From Gallionella sp. (GTDB lineage: Bacteria > Pseudomonadota > Gammaproteobacteria > Burkholderiales > Gallionellaceae): a stretch of DNA of 64,000 nucleotides. Numbering within the stretch: the first letter of the stretch is position 1; each line of letters opens with the position of its first letter. The DNA lies in assembly GCA_041671725.1 (NCBI GenBank), contig JBAZAY010000007.1, forward strand, positions 7,253-71,252. The letters are read 5' to 3'. The position numbers and the translations under genes are program-made. Under the pieces are notes generated by a model. The model saw only the letters and a program-made list of their open reading frames with translations. It searched no databases and was not told where the DNA came from. This document shows positions 15,975-24,618 of this stretch, piece by piece.

Positions 15975-17453
15975 TTAGTAAACGGACGCTTGCCGCATTT
16001 GATTATTGGTCAGCGTACCGCCGCCCAAAGCACGCATCAGATTGGCATAAGCGGCCAGCCGCACCGCCTGCAGGCGTGCCATATTTTCTTGCTGCTGTAA
16101 CACCAGCATCATGGCTTTGAGCACATGCTGGTAGTCATCCAGCCCGGCATGAAAACTTTTCACTGCCAATGCATGGGTTTTTCGGGCCAGTCCCAATGCG
16201 TTCTCGGCCTCCGTTTGCTGCCGGGCATTCGCTTGCAACACCACCAGTTGATCGGATACCTCCTGCAAAGCACGCACCAGCAAACCGTTATAACTCTCCA
16301 CGGCATTATCGTAGGCAGCAGTTTTGGCCGACAAATTTCCGCGCCTTCGCCCGCCATCAAAAATTGGCAGCGAGATGGCCGGCCCCACCCCGGCGATGGT
16401 TGCTGCACTGGTGGCCAGCTGTCCGAAGCCGATCGCCTGAAAACCGGCAAAGGCAAGCAGGTTAATGTTGGGATAAAACGCGGCCCGGGCTCCTTCGATG
16501 TTCTGCTGTGCGGCTTGCACTCGCCAGATGCTGGCCAGTACATCAGGACGGCGGCCTACCAGATTGGCAGGCAACCGATCCGGCAGGCCAACTACCGCAT
16601 CCAGCGCCAGTGTCGGACGAGCAAGATGTTCGCCGGCACCCGGGCCTTGCCCGGAAAGTGCGGCAAGCTGGTTACGCAACAGGCGCATACGCGCATCAAT
16701 GGCTTCAATTTGCGCGCGAGCCTGCGGCAACGGCGTCTCAATTTCGGCCACCGCCAGTTCGGTGCCCAACCCCGCTGCCAGGCTACGCCGCGCGATGGAT
16801 ACGCGCAGTTCGAGCTGTTGCATTTGCGCGACAGCGATATCGCGCAGCTTGAATTCCATGGCCAGCTGGACGTAACTCTGGATCACCGCCGTCACCAGCG
16901 CAAGTTTGACCAGCTGCACTTCCGCTGCAATGGCACGGCTTTCATCGACGGATGCACGCCACAGGCTTTTCTGGCGGTCCCACAGATCGAGGTCGTAAGC
17001 GAGTGTGAGTTGTGTCTTGTTGTTCCAGTCAGTATTTCCGCCCCACGGCGGCGGGATAAATTGCAGCGAGGTAAATTTCTCACGCGCGATTGATGTATCG
17101 GCGCTGATATTGGGCAGCGTTTCGGCGTACAGACTGTCGCTCGCGGCCTGCGACTGCGCGATACGAGTCTGTGCCGCGCGGAACGTAGGACTATCGTCAA
17201 TAGTTTTTGTAATCAGGGCGTCCAGTTGCGGGTCGCGATAAACCGCCCACCAGGCTTCACTTGGCCAGCTGATTAACGGCGCACAGCTTATGGCTTTGCC
17301 GGCATCAAATTCGTCGGCATCGCTACTTTGTGCATGTGGCGCTATCCCAGACATGTCGGCACATCCCGCCAGCATGAACAACATGCCGGACGCCAGCGTC
17401 ATCCGTGCGATTAAATCGGGCATCTTCATATTGCGCTGAGTTGAATCCGGCAT
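15975..17453 (-). CDS. Efflux outer-membrane factor lipoprotein, NodT family
   Basis: Lipobox FMLAGC after the signal peptide; ATG 17429 (MKMPDLI..) is the probable start. Duplicated OEP helical repeats; about 490 aa. Confidence 0.85.
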   Translation of the reverse strand: MPDSTQRNMKMPDLIARMTLASGMLFMLAGCADMSGIAPHAQSSDADEFDAGKAISCAPLISWPSEAWWAVYRDPQLDALITKTIDDSPTFRAAQTRIAQSQAASDSLYAETLPNISADTSIAREKFTSLQFIPPPWGGNTDWNNKTQLTLAYDLDLWDRQKSLWRASVDESRAIAAEVQLVKLALVTAVIQSYVQLAMEFKLRDIAVAQMQQLELRVSIARRSLAAGLGTELAVAEIETPLPQARAQIEAIDARMRLLRNQLAALSGQGPGAGEHLARPTLALDAVVGLPDRLPANLVGRRPDVLASIWRVQAAQQNIEGARAAFYPNINLLAFAGFQAIGFGQLATSAATIAGVGPAISLPIFDGGRRRGNLSAKTAAYDNAVESYNGLLVRALQEVSDQLVVLQANARQQTEAENALGLARKTHALAVKSFHAGLDDYQHVLKAMMLVLQQQENMARLQAVRLAAYANLMRALGGGTLTNNQMRQASVY

Positions 17454-17499
17454 ACAGATTGTTTGGAACCTAACTAAATAGTTAAAAAATTTTCGCAGG

Positions 17500-18003
17500 T
17501 CAGCTCATGACAGCAATATTGCCAGCCAGATTTTTGACGCTGTCGACCATGACATCGCGCTGTCCGTCCGTGAGGCAGGACATTAGCGCTTTCACCTTTC
17601 GGTAGTAATCCGGCATGACTTCATCCAGTTTCTGCTCACCAGCGGCAGTCAATTTGATCAGAAATTTTCGGCGATCGGACGTGTCCGTCAGCCTCGACAC
17701 CAGCCCTTCACGTTCCAGTCCGTCGATGAAGCCGGTCATGGTAGCCTTGGTAACGCCTGCTTTATCCGCCAGATCCGTAGGCGAAGAAGTTAAATTATCC
17801 TGTCGCATCAACAGCACCAGTACCCACCACCGACCCTGCAACAGGTTATGCTGAGCCAGCAATTTATCGAATGCAACGGAAATATCGGAACAGGCACGCA
17901 ACAGATTAACGAAATCCGAAATAGCCTGTATATCTGCATCCGGATAGCGCGCAATCAGCTTCGCCAGACTTTTTGAGGTGGGTAATTCTTTGAGTAGCAA
18001 CAT
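17500..18003 (-). CDS. MarR-family transcriptional regulator
   Basis: wHTH core: SSPTDLADKAGVTKATMTGFIDGLEREGLVSRLTDTSDRRKFLIKLT. ATG 18003 is preferred; the longer ORF reaching 18090 would cover the hairpin downstream of efp. Confidence 0.85.
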   Translation of the reverse strand: MLLLKELPTSKSLAKLIARYPDADIQAISDFVNLLRACSDISVAFDKLLAQHNLLQGRWWVLVLLMRQDNLTSSPTDLADKAGVTKATMTGFIDGLEREGLVSRLTDTSDRRKFLIKLTAAGEQKLDEVMPDYYRKVKALMSCLTDGQRDVMVDSVKNLAGNIAVMS

Positions 18004-18087
18004 AGTACGGACAATGATAATAAGGAACCATACCTTATAGCAAGTGAAATTTATATATTCATAGGTTAAATTCAATCTCTGGAATGC

Positions 18088-18122
18088 CAACTGCCCGGAA
18101 GATTTCTCATCCGGGCAGTTGG
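18088..18122 (-). terminator. Strong hairpin downstream of efp (probable terminator, no clear U-tract)
   Basis: 13-bp stem CCAACTGCCCGGA / TCCGGGCAGTTGG. Confidence 0.4.
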
Positions 18123-18153
18123 TTACAGCTGAATTTCGCTTTTAAGCTATTGA

Positions 18154-18708
18154 TTAAGCGCGCTTTTTGAACTCATTGGTGCGAGTGTCGATTTCGATCT
18201 TGTCGCCGATTTCAACGAAAGCCGCAACCGGCAACTCAAATCCACCGTTGATCTTGGCAGGCTTCATCACCTTGCCGGAGGTATCGCCGCGCACAGCAGG
18301 TTCCGTGTAGATCACTTCGCGTACGATGGTGTTAGGCAGTTCGACGGAAATCGCCTTGTCGTTGTAGAACACCACTTCACACGGCATGCCGTCCTGAACG
18401 TAGTTGAGCGCATCGCCCATGCATTCCGCTTCGATTTCGTACTGGTTGTATTCTTCGTCCATGAATACATACATAGGCTCAGCGAAGTAAGAGTAAGTCA
18501 CTTCTTTGCGATCCAGAATGACCTGATCGAACTTGTCGTCGGCGCTGAATACGGTCTCTCTGGCCGATTCGGTCAACAGATTCTTCATCTTCATCTTGAC
18601 CACCGAACCGTTACGACCGGAACGGCTGTATTCCGCCTTCAGGATTACCATCGGATCAGTACCGACCATAATGACGTTGCCGGCGCGTAGTTCTTGTGCT
18701 GTTTTCAT
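18154..18708 (-). CDS. efp: Elongation factor P (Arg32-type)
   Basis: [16 protein letters not shown]...[18 protein letters not shown]. The conserved loop carries Arg32 rather than Lys34, which is the EarP-modified type. ATG 18708 lies 2 nt after the earP stop. Confidence 0.95.
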   Translation of the reverse strand: MKTAQELRAGNVIMVGTDPMVILKAEYSRSGRNGSVVKMKMKNLLTESARETVFSADDKFDQVILDRKEVTYSYFAEPMYVFMDEEYNQYEIEAECMGDALNYVQDGMPCEVVFYNDKAISVELPNTIVREVIYTEPAVRGDTSGKVMKPAKINGGFELPVAAFVEIGDKIEIDTRTNEFKKRA

Positions 18709-18710
18709 GT

Positions 18711-20069
18711 TCACTGCCCTTCATTTTCGAAGGCGCGCATTCTACCGATTTCCTGAAAAAAATCCAGTAAATTCAATGCCAGATTGTTTTCCGATAATTC
18801 CCGCGCCCAAGCCTGGGCCCGAACATTCAGCTCCCCGCGTGCAGCGTCAAATAACGCCCAAGCCTGTCCTGAGCCTGCCGAAGCGGCCTGCCCTTCATCA
18901 TCGCCGCCATTCCATGCCCGCCACAAATCCTGCATCGCCCGGGCAGCCTGCGGACTGAGCTGTGCGTTAACGTAAAACTCGCGTAGCGATTCGTTTGCCC
19001 CTTCCCTCTCTGACGGGGGAAGGTTGGGATGGGGAAAACGGGCATGCCGAATTTTATTATTAGAGGTGGTAACTTTTTCATGCCCGTTGTACAGATTCAA
19101 AAAGGCCTGCAACTTCTCCCAGTGCACCGCATCGTGCTGCGGATAGATCTGCCAGATAAATGGCTTGCCTGCCCATTGCGCCCTCACACAGGAATCCTCG
19201 CCGCGCACGAAGTTGATGTCGCATGCCCACAGCAGTTCGTCGTAACGTTCCTGTTCCACAAACGGCAGCACACGCACCTGCAGGTTGCCGCGTTCATAGG
19301 AGCGACTTTCCTGACCCGCGAAATAGTGCACCACTTGAGGCAATATCCGACCTTCCGGCACCAGACACAACACGCGCTGTTCGCCATCCGCCCAAGCATC
19401 GAACAGACTTCCCAGCGCCGCATTCTCATAGGCGAACAACGAAATTTTACGGGTATCGCTTGCGGGCATCTGCATGCCGATGGATTGCCAGAAGGCTTGC
19501 TGCTTTGTAACGTCGCTCAGAAATTCATCGCGCCGCGCCAACAGGTCGCGTTCCAGCAACAGACCGCCGGTTTTTTGGGTAAAGCCGGGGAAGAAAAAAT
19601 AGCGGGTCAGCGGCGGGCGGGGGGATGGCAGTTTGTGACACCCTTCCACCCAATCCTCGGCAGACAGATATTCCAGATTGATCCAGACGGATTGCGCAGT
19701 CATCGCCGCCAGATAGGATTCCGGCATCGCACAGCCGAACGCCTCGATCACCAGTTCGGCAGGCTGCACAGCGGAAGGGTCACCGCATTGCGGCGGGGAA
19801 CCCACCGGCGTACTCCTTGCGGGTGCATCAGGAAATTCTTTGCGCCACAGCCGCACCTCAACCCCTCGCCTATGCTGGCTTTCAAGCGCAGTATCGGCTT
19901 CCGGGCACAGCTTGGCAAAGCTTTCCAGATCATCCACCCACAACCGCACAACAATACCGAACTCATTCGCCAGCTGCCGCGCCAGCCGCCAGCTCACGCC
20001 GATATCGCCGTAATTATCGATCACGTTGCAGAAGATATCGCAAGTAGCAGGTTGACTGCCGGGTTTCAT
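18711..20069 (-). CDS. earP: EF-P arginine-32 rhamnosyltransferase EarP (DUF2331)
   Basis: The N-terminus [24 protein letters not shown] is the EarP signature, and the gene sits directly upstream of an R32-type efp. At 452 aa it appears longer than characterised EarP proteins, which I recall (not verified here) as roughly 380 aa. Confidence 0.88.
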   Translation of the reverse strand: MKPGSQPATCDIFCNVIDNYGDIGVSWRLARQLANEFGIVVRLWVDDLESFAKLCPEADTALESQHRRGVEVRLWRKEFPDAPARSTPVGSPPQCGDPSAVQPAELVIEAFGCAMPESYLAAMTAQSVWINLEYLSAEDWVEGCHKLPSPRPPLTRYFFFPGFTQKTGGLLLERDLLARRDEFLSDVTKQQAFWQSIGMQMPASDTRKISLFAYENAALGSLFDAWADGEQRVLCLVPEGRILPQVVHYFAGQESRSYERGNLQVRVLPFVEQERYDELLWACDINFVRGEDSCVRAQWAGKPFIWQIYPQHDAVHWEKLQAFLNLYNGHEKVTTSNNKIRHARFPHPNLPPSEREGANESLREFYVNAQLSPQAARAMQDLWRAWNGGDDEGQAASAGSGQAWALFDAARGELNVRAQAWARELSENNLALNLLDFFQEIGRMRAFENEGQ

Positions 20070-20097
20070 TTCATCCCTGCCGCGTCTGCTTCAAATC

Positions 20098-23000
20098 TCA
20101 TTTTTTTGCGCTCCACTCAAACCCTGCCTCATCAAGAAGGCATTCACGATCTAATTGTAATTTTCCGTTTTTCTTAAGTTGCCGCTGCCGAACCACCCAT
20201 CCCCCAAGCTGCGGATTTTCTGCCCAGTGTGTTGGAACCCTACAATTTCCATGCGCCAATTTATATTGAAGCATTTCATCAAAATATTCTTTCCATACTT
20301 CATTTATGCCATCTTCGCCAACTTTCGTACCTTTACCCTCCCATTTAAACCCTGCATCGTCAAGCAGACGAACTCGCTCGGCATGCAATGTTCCATTTCT
20401 CTTGAGTGTGCGCTGTTGATTCACCCAATTTTGCAGCTGAGCTTTTTCATACCGACCCGTTGGAACATTGCAATCCCCATGCACCTGTTTGTATTGAAGC
20501 AATTCGTCAAAACGCTTTTTCCAAGCCTCATTCATACCATCTTCGCCAATTTTCGTGCCTTTACCTTCCCACATAAATCCCACTGCGTTCAGTTTAGCCA
20601 CTCGTTCTGCTGAAAGCGTTCCTTTATTTTTCTGAACGCGAGTTGCATTTACGAATGCAGCAAGTTTAGGCGGTTCGGCCAGACTCATAGGAATATCGCA
20701 ATGACCATGCTTAGCTTTAAACTCAACCACTTCTGCAAGACGATCTTCCCAGGAGCCCCTTTCGCGGAGCTTCCAGGCAAAACCTATCTTGTCCAGCAAA
20801 CCGACTTGTTCATCCGTCAGTGCATTTTTCTTTCGTAGTTCTCGTTGCGACCCAACCCACGAAGCAAGTTGTGGATATTCCGTACTTCTATTTGGCACAT
20901 CAGAATTACCAATTTCTAAATGATATTTCTTAAGTTGCTCATACTGCGCTTGCCACTTGGTGTCGCGAATCCCACTTTCCCACTCCACTCCGAGCTCATT
21001 CAACATAGCTTCGCGTTCAGATTGAAGTTGCCCTTCCCTTTTGTATGCGCGCTGTATCGTTAGCCAGCTAAAAAGGGGAGCATAACTATCCCTCTCAAAC
21101 TCGACATTGCAATGACCAAACTTAATCTTAAACGCCTTCAATTTTTCAAACTGCGCCAACCACTTTCCATCTTGGGCATCCCAATGAAAACCAAGCTTAT
21201 CAAGCAATTCAACCTGCTCAGCCATCAACTGTTTCCCCGAATAATCCCGTTCGCGCCGAACACGCTGAATCCATACCCAACTTGCCAGCTTGGTATTTGA
21301 ATGAGTTCTAGGCACATGGGGATTACCATTCTCATGAGCATATTTTTCCAGTTCCCTGTACCACTTCATCCATGTTTCGTCAGTTTTCTGCTGCTGATAA
21401 TCCCATATAAAACCTACTTCATTCAGCCGCTCGATCCGATCTTCTGGCAGCCCTCCGCTATTCTTTCGAACACGCAGAGTAGAAACCCAAGCGGCAAGGT
21501 CATCCCATTCATCTTCGCCCTTTACAACATTGCAATGACCATATCGTTGCTTAAACTCAAGCAATTTTTCAAACCACTCGCTCCATGCACTATCCTGCAT
21601 ATTCCAGACAAACCCAAGGTTGTCTAGACGCAAAATCTTATCCTCAGTCAATGCACCTTTACCTCTCCGGGTACGTTGCGCAGACACCCAAGAGCTAAGA
21701 GAACGATCCTCTTTCCATCCCACATCAACATTGCAATGTCCAAATCGCTCTTTAAAATCTTGTAGCTTGCCAAACCAACTATCCCAAGAAGAAACAAGTT
21801 TTTCTACACAGCGTGTCGCGACCGCTGTTCTCAGGTTCGCCAACGATATGCACGCACCAACAAAATCAATACGGTCAGCATATCCTCTGTCGTCAAAGCC
21901 TTTGCCATGCCCCTTTTGCTCGCCCGCATAACGGATGAATTCTGCCAACACTTCATCCTGTTCTTGAAGCGATTGCAGCACATCCCACACCTCATCAAAC
22001 TCTGCACGACTGACTGCAGTTTCGACACTTTCTCCTGCAGCCACTTCAACATATAGCGGCACAAGTACATAGCCCATGCTTTTCCCATCTGCGCGACGCA
22101 TTGCTCGCCCCGTCGCCTGAACAATGTCCACGCGACTTCGTCTTGGAGAAAGGAATGCGACCATATCTACCGCCGGAACATCTACGCCTTCAGTCAGGCA
22201 GCGGGCATTAGACATAACTGCCTGATTCGCCTTTCTGAATTCATCCATCACACGGTCTCGTCGTGCTGTCGGCATTTCTCCGTTGACGTGATAGCTTTTG
22301 AATTCAACCAAATGTGTGCGAATTCCTTCGTTTCCATCGGACACAAAAGAAGCAGCCGATTTAACGGTCTTATGGAAAGTGAAGATTTTCTTGACGCCAT
22401 ATTTTTCAACTGCATCGCAAAGTGCTATTTGGTTAGCAACTTGCCTTGCACGGACGGCATCACCATTGATAAGCACATCTCCTCGACTGAGAAGTTCATC
22501 TGTTACCATTTCTGAAGTAATTACTGAAATGATTACCTTATAGTTACAAATAATTCCACGACGTGCCGCCTCTCCAAATGTGATGACATAAGCTTGCTTG
22601 CCATAAACCTCAGGATTATCCATAGAGTAGGCAATTTGCGCCTCACCCTCCTTATCTCGCTGATGAGGATTGTAGTGTCTAGGGGTGGCAGTCAAAAACA
22701 TACGTTTTCGAATCGGAAGTCTTATATCGTCCAGCGCAAAGCCATAATTCCTTCCCTCTCGGCCAGCAGTCTTGTGCGCCTCGTCGAAAACACCAAAATC
22801 AAAAGGTATTTTGATCCCGTCTACATCTACGGGCATGCCCTCAGCCACAACATGCGCAGACTGATAGGTGGAGAAAATCACTTTCACACCATCAAATGGC
22901 TTGGTAAGAAAATTGCGAATTGCAGAACTGGCTGTCGTCACCGGAAAATCGAGGTCGGCCTGATGAACGATGAGGTCATCGGCATCTTTCGCCACCGTAG

Positions 23001-23793
23001 GGTCGGAGCAAACACACTGGAAGGTAAGCGCATCCCAAGATGTTTCGCGCAGCCATTCGTGCAGTAGTTGGCGCACCAAGGCCAGCGAGGGCAACAGCAC
23101 CAGAATATTGCGGCAGCCGCGTTGCTCTGCGGCCCACAGCGCGACCAGCGACTTGCCCGTGCCACAAGCCATCACAACGGTGGCGCGATCGTTATCATTC
23201 AGCTCGCTGGCAATTGCGGCCAGCGCTTCCGCCTGATGCGGCAATGGTTGCTTGCGCGAGAGTTTGATTTGTCCGCTTTGCAGCCACAGCCGCATGACTT
23301 CGAAGTCTTCCGGAGTGAGGCGATCGAGGTCGCTGCCGCGTATCGCGATGAAGCCGCTACGGTCACGCATCAGTCCAGGCAATGTTTCACAGTTGGTAAA
23401 CAGCACGCGCTGACTGACCTGATCGGTCAGCCCCATGAAGGTGGAGAGTTCATCCCAGGTCAGCGCGGGACGATTGCTGCGGAACTTGACCTGATAGGCA
23501 CGCAGTTCGCCATCGTGCGTCTGATAGGTTCCATCAACGCCCATGTCCCGGCCGGTATCCAGTGAAAGCAGTTTGCGCTGTTCCAGCGGGACAGCTTCAA
23601 ACGGCCAAACTTCGCGCGCCTCGTTGATTTTCTGTGTAGCGAGGTAGGCTTCGGCAAACACCTCGAAGGCATCGCCGCGTTCCTTGTTGCCAGGTTGCGC
23701 AGAAATTCGCGCTTCGATTTCAGCGAAGGAGTTCAGGCCATCGAACAGGCCGGATGCAATAAAACGGTGAGCGGCGCTATGTCTTGATTTCAT
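20098..23793 (-). CDS. 1231-aa fusion: Mrr-like PD-(D/E)xK nuclease domain + SF2 DEAD/DEAH-type helicase + eight helicase-associated (HA) repeats
   Basis: Nuclease-like motif DMGVDG..x12..YQVKFR (aa 83-105). Helicase motif I is ACGTGKS, motif II is FDEAH, and motif VI region is QATGRAMR. Eight C-terminal repeats follow the pattern W..W/F..KL..FK..GHCNV. Confidence 0.85.
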   Translation of the reverse strand: MKSRHSAAHRFIASGLFDGLNSFAEIEARISAQPGNKERGDAFEVFAEAYLATQKINEAREVWPFEAVPLEQRKLLSLDTGRDMGVDGTYQTHDGELRAYQVKFRSNRPALTWDELSTFMGLTDQVSQRVLFTNCETLPGLMRDRSGFIAIRGSDLDRLTPEDFEVMRLWLQSGQIKLSRKQPLPHQAEALAAIASELNDNDRATVVMACGTGKSLVALWAAEQRGCRNILVLLPSLALVRQLLHEWLRETSWDALTFQCVCSDPTVAKDADDLIVHQADLDFPVTTASSAIRNFLTKPFDGVKVIFSTYQSAHVVAEGMPVDVDGIKIPFDFGVFDEAHKTAGREGRNYGFALDDIRLPIRKRMFLTATPRHYNPHQRDKEGEAQIAYSMDNPEVYGKQAYVITFGEAARRGIICNYKVIISVITSEMVTDELLSRGDVLINGDAVRARQVANQIALCDAVEKYGVKKIFTFHKTVKSAASFVSDGNEGIRTHLVEFKSYHVNGEMPTARRDRVMDEFRKANQAVMSNARCLTEGVDVPAVDMVAFLSPRRSRVDIVQATGRAMRRADGKSMGYVLVPLYVEVAAGESVETAVSRAEFDEVWDVLQSLQEQDEVLAEFIRYAGEQKGHGKGFDDRGYADRIDFVGACISLANLRTAVATRCVEKLVSSWDSWFGKLQDFKERFGHCNVDVGWKEDRSLSSWVSAQRTRRGKGALTEDKILRLDNLGFVWNMQDSAWSEWFEKLLEFKQRYGHCNVVKGEDEWDDLAAWVSTLRVRKNSGGLPEDRIERLNEVGFIWDYQQQKTDETWMKWYRELEKYAHENGNPHVPRTHSNTKLASWVWIQRVRRERDYSGKQLMAEQVELLDKLGFHWDAQDGKWLAQFEKLKAFKIKFGHCNVEFERDSYAPLFSWLTIQRAYKREGQLQSEREAMLNELGVEWESGIRDTKWQAQYEQLKKYHLEIGNSDVPNRSTEYPQLASWVGSQRELRKKNALTDEQVGLLDKIGFAWKLRERGSWEDRLAEVVEFKAKHGHCDIPMSLAEPPKLAAFVNATRVQKNKGTLSAERVAKLNAVGFMWEGKGTKIGEDGMNEAWKKRFDELLQYKQVHGDCNVPTGRYEKAQLQNWVNQQRTLKRNGTLHAERVRLLDDAGFKWEGKGTKVGEDGINEVWKEYFDEMLQYKLAHGNCRVPTHWAENPQLGGWVVRQRQLKKNGKLQLDRECLLDEAGFEWSAKK
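20101..21792 (-). repeat. Array of eight approximately 70-75-codon HA-domain repeats inside the helicase gene
   Basis: WFGKLQDFKERFGHCNV, WFEKLLEFKQRYGHCNV, WYRELEKYAHENGNPHV, QFEKLKAFKIKFGHCNV, QYEQLKKYHLEIGNSDV, RLAEVVEFKAKHGHCDI, RFDELLQYKQVHGDCNV, YFDEMLQYKLAHGNCRV. The last two units are the most alike. Confidence 0.85.
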
Positions 23794-23923
23794 TTTTCAT
23801 TCGAATTGGATAGTTCCTGCGGCTTGATGACACAATGAACAACGGGCATTGTGTTGCAAATTGCAAAATACAAAGGAATTGGAATCGAATTAAATTCACG
23901 CTCCGCAGTCGGCGCAGCATGAT

Positions 23924-24220
23924 TCATTTATTGGATAGTTTTGCCCTTATCCAGTTTGGATTGCGGCGACAGTCAAGAATAGCAAAGACCAAGACTTCAT
24001 CGCCAGCAACACGGTAATACACGGCAAATGGAAATCGTTTGGAAAGCAGCCGATGGTAGCCCAGCACCACGCGGTGTACGCCGGCGAAATAGGCGAGCGA
24101 GTCAATATCAGAGTAGAGCGTGTCCAGAAAATAGCTGCCGAGATCGTCAGCTTGTGACTCATAGAATCGGTAACCTTCTTCGAGATCGTCCTCTGCGACA
24201 CTGAGGATTTTTATTCTCAT
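23924..24220 (-). CDS. Type II toxin, RelE/ParE family
   Basis: 98 aa. MRIKILSVAEDDLEEGYRFY...FPFAVYYRVAGDEVLVFAILDCRRNP is typical of ParE-like toxins. The ATG overlaps the antitoxin stop (ATGA). Confidence 0.8.
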   Translation of the reverse strand: MRIKILSVAEDDLEEGYRFYESQADDLGSYFLDTLYSDIDSLAYFAGVHRVVLGYHRLLSKRFPFAVYYRVAGDEVLVFAILDCRRNPNWIRAKLSNK

Positions 24221-24438
24221 GAAACGTTTTTCTTGATTCTTTCCTTGGCATCTGCCCAGTTTGACACCGTTATTTTGCCGGCCTCCAGCGCCGCCTCGCG
24301 ATCCTTAAGAATGGCTTCGTGCCAAACCGGTGACTCCAGTTTTTTTTCGTTGCCTGTCATGTCCGCCCAAAGTGTTTCCATCAAAGCCAGTTTTTGGGTG
24401 AATGACATCTGTGTAACGGGAAAATCTAAAGTCTTCAT
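24217..24438 (-). CDS. Putative addiction-module antitoxin (TIGR02574-like)
   Basis: 73 aa: MKTLDFPVTQMSFTQKLALMETLWADM...WHEAILKDREAALEAG. AAGGA RBS. 4-nt overlap with the toxin. ATG 24438 is preferred over the ORF-track start at 24516. Confidence 0.7.
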   Translation of the reverse strand: MKTLDFPVTQMSFTQKLALMETLWADMTGNEKKLESPVWHEAILKDREAALEAGKITVSNWADAKERIKKNVS

Positions 24439-24618
24439 CCTGCATCCTTTCCTATGACTAACGGGCATGGCAGTTTTCATGGCGGCAACATTAAATCTTA
24501 TCGGACTAAATGGCAATAGCTTCTATGTCATTCGATTCCGGCACAATACGCTTCGCTATCGCGGCCCTGCCACAGACTCACACAAACAATAATTACCATA
24601 TTATTCAAATACTTAAAG

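Noticed and set aside
16125-17093. 322-aa plus-strand ORF
   Set aside because: It is antisense to the NodT-family lipoprotein gene, which has a lipobox and family-typical features. The antisense product is Arg/Gln/Gly-rich with no motifs.
18154-20069. The efp-earP pairing as a novelty
   Set aside because: It is a known system: EarP rhamnosylates Arg32 of EF-P in beta- and some gammaproteobacteria. Only the in-frame insertion in earP is reported as unusual.
19029-20177. 382-aa plus-strand ORF
   Set aside because: It is antisense to earP, whose N-terminal signature and position next to efp are compelling.
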